From: Spirobacillus cienkowskii
Lineage (GTDB): Bacteria > Bdellovibrionota_B > Oligoflexia > Silvanigrellales > Silvanigrellaceae
DNA: 64,000 nucleotides
Reading direction: 5' to 3'
NCBI RefSeq assembly: GCF_037081835.1
Contig: NZ_CP146516.1
Coordinates: 2,109,577-2,173,576 of the forward strand
The translations under genes and the position numbers were made by a program. The notes beneath the pieces were generated by a model. The model was not told the origin of the DNA. It was given only the letters and a program-made list of their open reading frames with translations, and ran no database searches. Below, piece after piece: positions 9,804-19,755 of this stretch; position 1 is the first letter of the stretch; each line of letters starts with the position of its first letter.

Positions 9804-10358
9804 ATGAAAAATAAAATAAATTTTCTTACTTTATGTCTTACTTTATATGCAGGTCAATCAGCTTACTCTTACGGATCTTATATATTTTGCACAAATAGCG
9901 CAGTCTCTGGATCAGATTACACGTTTAAAGGTATCGGCTGGAATTGGGCAAAAGGAACTAACGGTAGCAACTTACAAAATGCAGCTATCAATAATTATCA
10001 AAACCTTGTAAAAGTTTATCCTAAGGGGACTTGGATTAACGGTTCAACAGATCTCAATACATCATATAACTACTATCTACTCCTCGATAGTATCTTTGAT
10101 AATAAAAATGCCGCAATTAATTTTTGCGAAGCATTAAAACAAAAATGCCAAAGTGATTGGGGTCCAACATTTACTGGAATTGGAGTTTCAACATGGGATA
10201 TCCCTCATGCAGCATGGGGTTCTGTTTCTGTAAAATACAAAGTGCAATCTAATCGTAGTGAACGGCTTGCTTGCAAAAATTGGAAACACACAGAATACGA
10301 ACCAATTTATTACACACCAGAGGATTATATGTATACTTTTACACCATTAATGCATTAA
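9804..10358 (+). CDS. secreted Cys-containing hypothetical protein (184 aa)
   Basis: Cleavable signal peptide MKNKINFLTLCLTLYAGQSAYS. Several Cys residues. Convergent with the DUF2235-like gene. Confidence 0.45.
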   Translation: MKNKINFLTLCLTLYAGQSAYSYGSYIFCTNSAVSGSDYTFKGIGWNWAKGTNGSNLQNAAINNYQNLVKVYPKGTWINGSTDLNTSYNYYLLLDSIFDNKNAAINFCEALKQKCQSDWGPTFTGIGVSTWDIPHAAWGSVSVKYKVQSNRSERLACKNWKHTEYEPIYYTPEDYMYTFTPLMH

Positions 10359-10545
10359 GTTAATACCATAAAAAAAATTACATATGTTTTTATCACTAAC
10401 ATATGTAAAATTTTTATTACTTATACTATTTAGACAACACAATCCCAATATTAAAAAATACTGATAATATTATAGTAAAAATTCGCAGCACTACCGTTGA
10501 TGTAACTAGCAATAGAGCATATTTTGCTGCAAATTCATTAAAAAT

Positions 10546-12300
10546 TCATAATCTCCATTCAGAAGAATGAATGCCAAATTTCTTTAAAGTAAAATTTAAT
10601 TTTTTTATTTCATTTGAAGTTAATAAAAATTTAACTTTTTTAAGAAAATAAATACTTTTACTTCTTTGTGAAAAGTTTGCCATGAGTTGAAAATCACTTT
10701 CTATATCACAAATTTTATTATTAAAATTGGAAAGTTCAATAGAACATCTATGCATCATAAATTCAAACATATAGCTATAAATAATTGATATCAAATTTAA
10801 TCTGTAATCTCTAACGCTTTTTTGCAAAACACGACTTAATAAATTTGTATGTCCAGGAAAAAAGAATTGATATAACTCTTTATAGTAATAAATATTTGTG
10901 CTTTTAAATGGAACATTATTAATATTGCTAAAATCGTCAATTATAAATCCCTTTTTGGTTTCAATAAATTTTTTAAAATCATATTCAATAATATGTTGTT
11001 TTGTTCTTGGATAGTTTATTAATATATCATATTCTTTGCTTAATTTAAAAGTCTCGTATTCATCTCCACTCATAAACATAAAAATTTCAGGATAAGAAAG
11101 AAAAAAACAAAGTTCATGATGCTTATTAATGAATAATTTAGATTTTGTATAACTCGAAAATTGATTTTTTACATGTCTGCTATTATTTAATCCTAAAAAA
11201 GCCTGCAAAAATTTATTTTTTTTATTAACACTCTGAATTGACAAACAAGTATTCCTACTAATATTATAAAGAAAATCTGAACTATAATAAACTTCGCAAA
11301 TATCTCTAAAAGACCTAATTGTAAAAAATTCGGTATAAATATTTATCTTATATTTTTGCATTTTTAAAAATATATATAACATTTTTATTCCATCTTTATT
11401 GGCTCCAGCGATATTTAAATAATTAATAAATTCATTATATTGTTTTAGTTTTTGATACTCAGAAATACTTTTTGAATACATGGGTGAATTTGGAAAAAAG
11501 TTTTTTAAAACACCAGATAACCATATGCAATTTTGCAAGTGATCATCCGGAAACGGTAAAAAAACAAATTTTGTTTTACTTGACAAAAAGTTTAATGATC
11601 CAGAATCTAATGGCTCAAAAAAACGGGTCTTTTCTTCTACCGCAAGAGAAATTAGACATCTCCGAACACAGTCTGGAATTGTTGTGGTAGAATCAATTAA
11701 TTCTGTTGTTTGTGAAGATCTTGCGGAAATAAAATTGCCTGGACCAGGAACAGGATCTATTAAAAACAGATCCATACAAAATTTATTTAAATATTTTTGT
11801 GCAATGTAATTTGCGGCTATAATACATGTTGTTCCTCCCCGACTAAATCCAATTAGATTAATTTTAGAAATTAAAATTTTTCTTTCTAAATGTAAATAAT
11901 CTATAATTTTTAATGCTAATGTTGCATTTTGTGTCATTCCATTTCCAGTAACCTTATCCTTAAATTTCATTATCCCGCTATATTTATTATCTTTGTCTCG
12001 TGTTGTTAACCGAGACTTTGTGGGATCAAACACAATATTTGTAACTTCTTTATGAGTATGAGAGATTGGTGATATAGAAACACCATCAAAACAATAGTAA
12101 TATTTATCAATACTGGTATTTATACTCTCTTGTCTTAAAGGAACATTGTGAGGCTTAGATATTGTAAAATCAAGGTAAATAGATGTTTGCTCCCAATACA
12201 AATCTGTGCCAGAAAAAATAAAGTAAATCTCAATATTTTTATTGCCAATAAATCCTAAATTTTCATTATTTAAACAATATTGATTATTTTCTAAATCCAT
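10546..12300 (-). CDS. DUF2235-like alpha/beta hydrolase (GFSRG nucleophile elbow); possible lipase/phospholipase of the Tle1-like superfamily
   Basis: GxSxG motif in the DUF2235-type context: INLIGFSRGGTTCIIAANYIA. 588-aa ORF. The ATG at 12300 has a GAGAG RBS. Confidence 0.45.
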   Translation of the reverse strand: MDLENNQYCLNNENLGFIGNKNIEIYFIFSGTDLYWEQTSIYLDFTISKPHNVPLRQESINTSIDKYYYCFDGVSISPISHTHKEVTNIVFDPTKSRLTTRDKDNKYSGIMKFKDKVTGNGMTQNATLALKIIDYLHLERKILISKINLIGFSRGGTTCIIAANYIAQKYLNKFCMDLFLIDPVPGPGNFISARSSQTTELIDSTTTIPDCVRRCLISLAVEEKTRFFEPLDSGSLNFLSSKTKFVFLPFPDDHLQNCIWLSGVLKNFFPNSPMYSKSISEYQKLKQYNEFINYLNIAGANKDGIKMLYIFLKMQKYKINIYTEFFTIRSFRDICEVYYSSDFLYNISRNTCLSIQSVNKKNKFLQAFLGLNNSRHVKNQFSSYTKSKLFINKHHELCFFLSYPEIFMFMSGDEYETFKLSKEYDILINYPRTKQHIIEYDFKKFIETKKGFIIDDFSNINNVPFKSTNIYYYKELYQFFFPGHTNLLSRVLQKSVRDYRLNLISIIYSYMFEFMMHRCSIELSNFNNKICDIESDFQLMANFSQRSKSIYFLKKVKFLLTSNEIKKLNFTLKKFGIHSSEWRL

Positions 12301-12701
12301 AGTAACTCTCAATATTTAACCTAGTTTGTAAAATTTTTAAATTTACCTTTAAATAAAAAAAAGTAAACTTATTTAGATCTTTTATTAGCATAAAAATTAA
12401 ACTTATACATTTAAAAAAAATATAATTGATTTTATAAAAACAAATAATTATTAAAAATTAAACTAAAAAATTTAGTAATAACATATTAATTTATAAAAAT
12501 TTTTACGAAATTTAAATTTAAAAATTGTAAAGTTCTAAAAAATTACAAAATTCTGTTTTTAAAAAGTTTTCTAACAAATTTAAGATTTTTTTATTTATAT
12601 GCTAGAATTAATGCATAAACTTAAAATACAGTGAGACTTAATGACATTTATTGCTATAAAGAATCGTTGTTATAATAAAAGTCGCGACTTTGAGGATTAA
12701 A

Positions 12702-14585
12702 ATGTTTCGTTCAAAAAGCCCTATTGTCAGAAAAACAGATAAAATGACTTCATTTGTGACAGTACTATGGAGATATCTTATCTTATCTAGTGGATTTTGG
12801 GTTACGTTTTCCATAATTTGTTTTATATTTTTATATAATCCAGATTATGGTACCAATTCTAAAATAGACTTTTTTTCCTCATGGTTAGTCACTTTTCAAT
12901 TTTTATTAGTCATAATTGGAGTTATCATTTTTTCTGGAATAATTGGAGCTATGATTTCTATACCTTCAATTATTCTTAAAATCATGATGAAAATTAGAGT
13001 TGATAAGAAAATTAACAAAGGTAGACAACCAATAATACTGATATATTTATCAACGTATTTTCCAATATTATTTTGTGTTTTTTCTCATATTATTGTATTG
13101 CTTATTAGTACAAGCACTGCTCCCCAATATATGCGAAATTGGTTTGATGATGATTATAAGATATACAAAACTCAACAAAAAATTTATTCAAAGTTATTTG
13201 AAACAAAATCATCTGAAATTAATAAAAAGTGGGAAGTAATTGCAAAAAAAATTTCTAATGATTCAAATATTGTTTTTCTATTACCTCATCATATCGTTAA
13301 TAAAAAAAATTTATTAAAAGAAACAAGAAGTTTACTAGATTTTGAAAATAAGTGGATTATAAATTCGGCAACTAAGGAATCTATGATTTCATCAATATTA
13401 AGCGAAACGGAATTTCCTAGGGAAGATTTGTTTTCTCCAATTAAGTTTGATGAAATACCAAAAAAAAATAATAAAAGCCAACCTAATAGCTTAACATTTA
13501 TTGGTATAAATGGAAAATCTGCTTTTAATTTTAATAATTTATTTAACAATTCTTATGTAAATTTAAATATACAAAATTCTTGGTTTAATGTTTTTTTAAA
13601 TAGACTAGCATTATCGCAACCGCATCTGCTATTTTTCTTTAAAACTGGTTTTATCACGTCTTCATTTCAAGCTTGGAAATGGGAATATCTAATTAATAAC
13701 AATGCAGATTTGCTAAGCTCATACTTAAATCATATAAATAGTAAAGATTCAAAAATAGTACATAACAATTTTTTACTATATTTAACTGAATTTGAGGCAA
13801 ATAGCGAAAAAAATTTATTATCTTCAATTGATTGGCCTAATAATATTAAAAACTATGAAGTTGACTACAATATTAAAAAAATTGATTTTTATTTATCTAA
13901 TTCTATTAAAACATTAACTAAATTTAATCATAAAAATATTTGGATAGTTCCTTATAATAGCAAAGACAACTCTATTCAATTAGGTGTTGGATTTTCAAAT
14001 TATAACTCAAACGACAATTTAATGACATCAGAAATATTAGGACAAATCATATTTCAAGAAGAAAATTCTCAAAACTGTCATTCATTCACAACCAACTACG
14101 ATCCTATAAAAGTAGATAAAGAATTATTGCAAAAAAACAACTATCTTCTTGACACACTTAATCAAAAAAAATTAGGTAAACCATCTATTTCTAATAAATA
14201 CTATTTAATAATTAAAGATAGCATTAAATATGGAGTATTTTGTCAATCTTCTAAAACACCTCCTTATTTAGCAATTAAAAATGAGGAATTTTTTAGTAAA
14301 CTAATTAATTATCAAGTTTTTAAAAATTTAAACTATCAAATTTTTATTGCTAATGAGAAAAAATTGAAATCAAACGATAAAGATCAATCAATTCAAAATA
14401 AAAATCCAAAAATTGAGTTAAATTTAAATAATTTTTACAGGCAATTTTTTATATATAAAATTCAATCAGATAATGCTATTACATTTTCTGAAGTATCTGA
14501 AACAGAATATGCCGAATTTATTAAAAACTATGGCACTGAGGTTAAAAATATTTTTCATTCTTCAATTAATTATTTAATTAAATAG
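12702..14585 (+). CDS. polytopic membrane protein (about 4 N-terminal TM helices) with a large C-terminal soluble domain; hypothetical
   Basis: Hydrophobic segments in residues about 20-140. GAGGA RBS before the ATG at 12702. Only 10 nt separate it from the next gene, so an operon is likely. Confidence 0.5.
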   Translation: MFRSKSPIVRKTDKMTSFVTVLWRYLILSSGFWVTFSIICFIFLYNPDYGTNSKIDFFSSWLVTFQFLLVIIGVIIFSGIIGAMISIPSIILKIMMKIRVDKKINKGRQPIILIYLSTYFPILFCVFSHIIVLLISTSTAPQYMRNWFDDDYKIYKTQQKIYSKLFETKSSEINKKWEVIAKKISNDSNIVFLLPHHIVNKKNLLKETRSLLDFENKWIINSATKESMISSILSETEFPREDLFSPIKFDEIPKKNNKSQPNSLTFIGINGKSAFNFNNLFNNSYVNLNIQNSWFNVFLNRLALSQPHLLFFFKTGFITSSFQAWKWEYLINNNADLLSSYLNHINSKDSKIVHNNFLLYLTEFEANSEKNLLSSIDWPNNIKNYEVDYNIKKIDFYLSNSIKTLTKFNHKNIWIVPYNSKDNSIQLGVGFSNYNSNDNLMTSEILGQIIFQEENSQNCHSFTTNYDPIKVDKELLQKNNYLLDTLNQKKLGKPSISNKYYLIIKDSIKYGVFCQSSKTPPYLAIKNEEFFSKLINYQVFKNLNYQIFIANEKKLKSNDKDQSIQNKNPKIELNLNNFYRQFFIYKIQSDNAITFSEVSETEYAEFIKNYGTEVKNIFHSSINYLIK

Positions 14586-14594
14586 GTTTAAACT

Positions 14595-17327
14595 ATGCCT
14601 CTTAAAAGATCAAGATTATCTAAACTTTCATTTTATATCATTATTATATCAATAAGTATATTTTTAATTCTTGTCCTATTTTTATTTATTATCTACTTTT
14701 ATCCTATTTCAACAATAAGTAACAATTTTAATTCTGCTCATTATTCAAGATTAGTTTCTCCATGGCCTATGTCATCACTTGATCAAGAATTGCTTGAACG
14801 AAGACGACTTAGAAGATATGCAAAATCAGAACAAGTTCGTAGAATGGAAAAGCAATTGCAGCGAATGGAAAATTTAAATATCCCAATTTATGATTTATTT
14901 TTAGATAACAATGCAGAAATCTATTCACAAAGATATGTTACTTCACCTGATGACACTTCATTTTTATGGCCAATAATTCCAGGTAGAAAAATATTTAATA
15001 ATCTAAATAAACAAGAATTTAATAGAAAATCTGTATCTGTTATATTTCCTCATAACCAATGGACCCAAATTAATGAAGGTGTTTTGTTACTTGGTGGCGA
15101 AGAAATAAAAGCAACAATACCTCTTATAAAAGGCACTCGTTCATTTAGTTTTAATTTATTTTTATTAACACCAGGAAGTATTAGAATCAACGTTGGTCAA
15201 TATGTTTGGGCTAAAACTTTTACAGATGATGATGTTCAAAAAAATATTAGACTTTCTATTCCTATTAATGATTCTACAGCTACAAGTATTAAAATTGTAA
15301 GTATTTCTTCAAGCTTTTATTTATTAAACGCAAATGTTGAACAACTCGAACATACTGGTAGATCTCCAATAAGAATTTCAAATTCTAGTAATTTTTGGTT
15401 ACCAAACAATACTTTTGTTTTTACAAATCAAAAAAGCAGTAATGCTAAAACTGATGATGAAGACAACATGGTTGATGAAGAAGAAACTGATGAAAAACTA
15501 CCGGATGAATTAAAAATTTATGATTCAAAAGAACCCAACCCACAAAACACAACCGATAATTCTAAAAATACTCAAAAAAATAATCTTGAAAATTCTCCAG
15601 ATCCTTTAAAACAAGTTGCAAACCCTCAAATTTTTAGCAATGAACCTTATACTATAGCTTTTGGTTACAATATTTTATACATTCAAACACCAAAAATATC
15701 AGATTTAATTATAAAAAACAAAAAATTATTTTCTAAAATTGCTCCTAACTTATCTTCTTTAATAGAACAATCAGTAGTTTTTGAAAAAAATATTGCTGTT
15801 TCAGAAAGTAGAAGCGAGAACTTTAGAAAATTTATTTTTTCTGATCACAATTTTTTAACCTCAAGCAATACACCAATTACTAAAGAAGAAATTAATGGAA
15901 ATATTTCTAAAAATGTTTATCAAGAACTTAGAAAATATGGCTATAAAATTGTAGGAATTTCTTATCCTGAAGCATTTTATTATAATGATAAAATATCAGA
16001 ATCCACCGAATTTTCTAAAATATATGGAAGATGGCTCGAGAAAAATGACTGGAATTTTGCATATAAAAACGTAAAAATTGATGATAGAAATTTACCTGTT
16101 TCTGGGTTGGATGCCATATTTAAAACAAATGAAAAATCAATTGCCACTCCATTATCTAGCAGTGACTTTCCAATCATCTCGCAATTTTTAACAAACGTTG
16201 CAGAAAACATTGATAATGTTCCAGATTGGGGAGCAAACGAACTGCTTCTAATAAATAAAAAAGATTTATACATACCGAGAGCCGTTGAGGCTTTTCAACA
16301 ATGGAGTAAAACAAAACAACAGTCTCGATTTCTTGCGCATATTTTACTTGATACCGATTCTGCATTAATCAGACCCACCATTAAAGATCTTGGCAAATCC
16401 TTAACCACAATTGGTGTTTCATCATTTTTAAATCCTAGTAAGATTAAAGAATTTGCTAACATTTCGTATATTGACAAAGCGATTGGACAATTGATTGATA
16501 CCACAACAGCCAGAAAGTTTGAGCATCGAACCATTGTTTTTATATTAATACCAAATGATAATAATGATTCCAAAAAAAATTATGCAACCGGAGTCTTTAA
16601 AATTCCAGGATTATTGCCAAAAAAAGATACTAAATACAAAGATGTTACAATTAATGATATTTCTGCAACATTATTAACAAATGTAGGAATTCCAGTAGGG
16701 AAAAATATTTCACATTCTTCCTCAAATATTTCAGGAAATATGTTAGAAAAAATCAATTATAATGATTTTAACTCATCACAAAATAATATTTCTAATAATA
16801 AATCTAACTTTACAAAATATACAATGGTTATAAAACCAGATGAAAACAATTGCAATTCGTTTTATTGGAATTCTAAATCAGAACCAATCTTAAAAATCCA
16901 ATCAAGTGCTCCGGTTTATCAAATAATTTCAAATGAAATTATTGAGTTTTTTCCCTGCTCTATAAAAAACAAATTTGTTAGTGTGACTTGGTATCAAAAA
17001 AGCTATAAAAAGCCTAGTCCGTTAAACAATATTGATGATCATCTTGGTGGTTACTTTTCTTATAAAAGACCAGATATTAGCAATAATTTACCAAATTTTT
17101 ATTTTGGAAATAATTTAGTTTCTTCAAATGATTTAGTATTTTACTTTGATACAATGACAGAGAATCAGTTTAATAGTATTTTTATTGTAGAAGAAAAAAA
17201 CAACAAAAAATGTATTAATTATATAAAAGATAATTTTTTTACTATAGAAAAATATGAAAAAACAATTAAAGATCCTGAGATTTTAGCTAATAAAACAAAA
17301 ATTGGTTTTTTTATTACCCCGTTGTAA
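14595..17327 (+). CDS. membrane-anchored 910-aa protein; the C-terminal half possibly contains a diverged alkaline-phosphatase-superfamily (sulfatase/LtaS-like) domain
   Basis: N-terminal TM (LSFYIIIISISIFLILVLFLFII). Acidic linker DDEDNMVDEEETDE. The segments HRTIVFILIPNDNN and TINDISATLLTNVGIPV resemble the sulfatase/LtaS motifs (T-x-V-I-F-T-S-DHG and D-I-x-PT-L-L) but with non-canonical residues. Confidence 0.4.
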   Translation: MPLKRSRLSKLSFYIIIISISIFLILVLFLFIIYFYPISTISNNFNSAHYSRLVSPWPMSSLDQELLERRRLRRYAKSEQVRRMEKQLQRMENLNIPIYDLFLDNNAEIYSQRYVTSPDDTSFLWPIIPGRKIFNNLNKQEFNRKSVSVIFPHNQWTQINEGVLLLGGEEIKATIPLIKGTRSFSFNLFLLTPGSIRINVGQYVWAKTFTDDDVQKNIRLSIPINDSTATSIKIVSISSSFYLLNANVEQLEHTGRSPIRISNSSNFWLPNNTFVFTNQKSSNAKTDDEDNMVDEEETDEKLPDELKIYDSKEPNPQNTTDNSKNTQKNNLENSPDPLKQVANPQIFSNEPYTIAFGYNILYIQTPKISDLIIKNKKLFSKIAPNLSSLIEQSVVFEKNIAVSESRSENFRKFIFSDHNFLTSSNTPITKEEINGNISKNVYQELRKYGYKIVGISYPEAFYYNDKISESTEFSKIYGRWLEKNDWNFAYKNVKIDDRNLPVSGLDAIFKTNEKSIATPLSSSDFPIISQFLTNVAENIDNVPDWGANELLLINKKDLYIPRAVEAFQQWSKTKQQSRFLAHILLDTDSALIRPTIKDLGKSLTTIGVSSFLNPSKIKEFANISYIDKAIGQLIDTTTARKFEHRTIVFILIPNDNNDSKKNYATGVFKIPGLLPKKDTKYKDVTINDISATLLTNVGIPVGKNISHSSSNISGNMLEKINYNDFNSSQNNISNNKSNFTKYTMVIKPDENNCNSFYWNSKSEPILKIQSSAPVYQIISNEIIEFFPCSIKNKFVSVTWYQKSYKKPSPLNNIDDHLGGYFSYKRPDISNNLPNFYFGNNLVSSNDLVFYFDTMTENQFNSIFIVEEKNNKKCINYIKDNFFTIEKYEKTIKDPEILANKTKIGFFITPL

Positions 17328-17407
17328 TTTAGATAGGCAAAATTTTCCACGTATAAATAAAATAAATGACGAAATTATATATATAAAATATTAAATGCAG
17401 AGATTTT

Positions 17408-18670
17408 ATGCAAAAAAAAGTTTATTTTAATTTCTTACATATTAGCTTTTTTATTATATTAATAATTATAAATAGCAGCTTTAAATGTTTAGCTCAAGTT
17501 ATCCCTACAGATTGGTCTGCCCCACGGGTCAACGGTATGGGAGGCTCATTTACAGCATCATCAAATGACGAAACCAGTGTATTCAGTAACCCTGCAGGAG
17601 TCAGTTCAATAGTAAATTCAAAAAAGAATTCACAAATTCAAAATTTGTTAATCCCAAACTTTGAAGTGGGCGCAAATACACAAATGTTTTCAACCATGGG
17701 AGCAAACCCTAATAATTGGTATACAAACTTTATCAATTCTGCGAAAGATAATCCTGGCAAACAATCTTATTTCTTAATGCAAAGTTATAATAGCTTCTCT
17801 TATGGAGGCAAAAAAAGCTTAAATTATCTTTTTGGGATCCCTTTTCGTAGCGAAAACAAAATTGCTTTTATCGATCCATCAAAACCCTCGCAGGCATCCG
17901 TTTCATCATCCTCAACTTTAACTGCAGCCTTGGCCATTGCAGGAAATACACTTGACGGCCTGTTTCGATTTGGAATCAGCATTCGACCAAACTTAAGAGT
18001 TGATCATCAATCCAATACTTTTGATAAAATGTTAAATAACAAATTCAAAAATTATACTGATGAAATTAATAATGGAGGCTATAGCACCTCTGCAGTTGGC
18101 ATTGATACAGGTTTTATCCTGTCTGTTGCGGATTTTTGGTTTCCTTCGCTTGCTGTCAGCATCAGAAATATCCCTACAGGATGTACCAATTCTTATACAA
18201 ATCCTACAGATCAAAGCAAAACCACCGTTTGTGGTTCCATGCGAAAAGGCGCAACCGATCTCGCTCCAAACACTTCAAAAGTTGATCCCACCGAACTCAG
18301 AGTTGGTATTGCGGTAACCCCACGAGGACGGATAAGCAAAGCAAAAGTAAACTTTAGAATGTCTGTTGATGTGTATCCCATTCCAATTGAAATGGGAGGA
18401 AAAACATACGGCATCCCCAATATCGATTTTGATAGAATGCTTCACGCAGGCAGTGAAATTTTTTTTGGCAGTAGTTTACAACAAAATAGCGCTGCCTTTC
18501 GTATTGGTTATATGGAAAGAGGGATGACTTTTGGAACCACTTTAAGAGTCTTGAATTGCAAATTAGATTATTCTTCATATTTAGCTGTTGACACAGTCCC
18601 ACAATTAACAGGTAATAGCACAGAGATTGTTGAACGCAGGCACTTGATTGGCATCTCCTTTAACTGGTAA
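17408..18670 (+). CDS. predicted outer-membrane beta-barrel protein
   Basis: Signal peptide. Alternating amphipathic strands. C-terminal aromatic residue (…GISFNW). Confidence 0.45.
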   Translation: MQKKVYFNFLHISFFIILIIINSSFKCLAQVIPTDWSAPRVNGMGGSFTASSNDETSVFSNPAGVSSIVNSKKNSQIQNLLIPNFEVGANTQMFSTMGANPNNWYTNFINSAKDNPGKQSYFLMQSYNSFSYGGKKSLNYLFGIPFRSENKIAFIDPSKPSQASVSSSSTLTAALAIAGNTLDGLFRFGISIRPNLRVDHQSNTFDKMLNNKFKNYTDEINNGGYSTSAVGIDTGFILSVADFWFPSLAVSIRNIPTGCTNSYTNPTDQSKTTVCGSMRKGATDLAPNTSKVDPTELRVGIAVTPRGRISKAKVNFRMSVDVYPIPIEMGGKTYGIPNIDFDRMLHAGSEIFFGSSLQQNSAAFRIGYMERGMTFGTTLRVLNCKLDYSSYLAVDTVPQLTGNSTEIVERRHLIGISFNW

Positions 18671-18744
18671 CATTAAACCGCATATGTAACGCAAATTTCA
18701 AAAAGAATTTGCATTTTAAATTTTACATTAAAAGGAATTGTCTG

Positions 18745-19740
18745 TTGAAAAAAAACACATCATCGAAAATTTTAAATCTAAGTTTAAGTTTTGGATTTAC
18801 GCTATTTTTTATAAGCTGTGCTTCTACTAAACCAAATCTTGAAAATATAAGTATTGTTAATAGCAAAAATATTGCACAAACTCCTTCTGTTATTTCTAAC
18901 CAACCACCAAAACCAATAAATATTGAAGAAACTTACAAAGAAAAAGATTTTAAAAACTTTTATGCAACAGTCAAAGGGATTGAAGATAGTTTTATTGCAC
19001 AAAACTGTACCGAAGTATTGAGTAAAGCAAAAAGCTTAGAAGAGTTAGCAATAAAAATAAATTACACAGAACTCCCCTCGCTTGCGCAAGTGGGAATTTT
19101 TACTTGTGACGCAAAGGCAGGAATTGACAATCCCGAAAGACTATTAAAAGCAATTTCAGTGTTAACCACTACAAACCTTCGTCTTCCCGTTATTAATAAA
19201 GCGTGGCTACACAATACATTGTCAGATTTTTATCTCGCTTTAGGCGACAAATTAAATGCTCTAAACGAAAAAAAATCCGCTCGAGAATTGATTACAGCGC
19301 AGCAACAAGACATTATTGCTCTTAATGCCCAAATTCAACAACTCAATCCAACAGAAATCAACCCTAATTCTTTAGCCCCTCAACCTGATTATAGCAACTT
19401 AAGTTCAGACCAAATTGCGGCAACTGCAACTCAACTTATTAATGACGATGCACCAGAGCAAGCCATTGCACTTATTGACTCTGTTCCAAATGACAAAGTT
19501 AATGCAAATTTAAAACGCATTCGTGCTGATGCTGTAAATACTCTTGTGCGAAATTTACGTTTTAAAGTGAGAGCATTATTTGAACGCGCTGCAATGCAAA
19601 CAGGCCCTACAAAAAAAGAAACTCTATTGCAATGCGAACAAATTTTAGAAGGTATTATTAGAAACTATCCCGATTACTCAGACATGAATTCAGTAAAAAA
19701 CAATTTAAAGCAAGTTAAACGAGAACTTGCCAAACCATAA
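18745..19740 (+). CDS. lipoprotein (hypothetical)
   Basis: A TTG start at 18745 preceded by an AAGGA RBS gives M-KKNTSSKILNLSLSFGFTLFFISCAS with a lipobox (FISC). The ORF track starts at the upstream TTG at 18709. Confidence 0.5.
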   Translation: MKKNTSSKILNLSLSFGFTLFFISCASTKPNLENISIVNSKNIAQTPSVISNQPPKPINIEETYKEKDFKNFYATVKGIEDSFIAQNCTEVLSKAKSLEELAIKINYTELPSLAQVGIFTCDAKAGIDNPERLLKAISVLTTTNLRLPVINKAWLHNTLSDFYLALGDKLNALNEKKSARELITAQQQDIIALNAQIQQLNPTEINPNSLAPQPDYSNLSSDQIAATATQLINDDAPEQAIALIDSVPNDKVNANLKRIRADAVNTLVRNLRFKVRALFERAAMQTGPTKKETLLQCEQILEGIIRNYPDYSDMNSVKNNLKQVKRELAKP

Positions 19741-19755
19741 GGGCTTAATTTTTTT

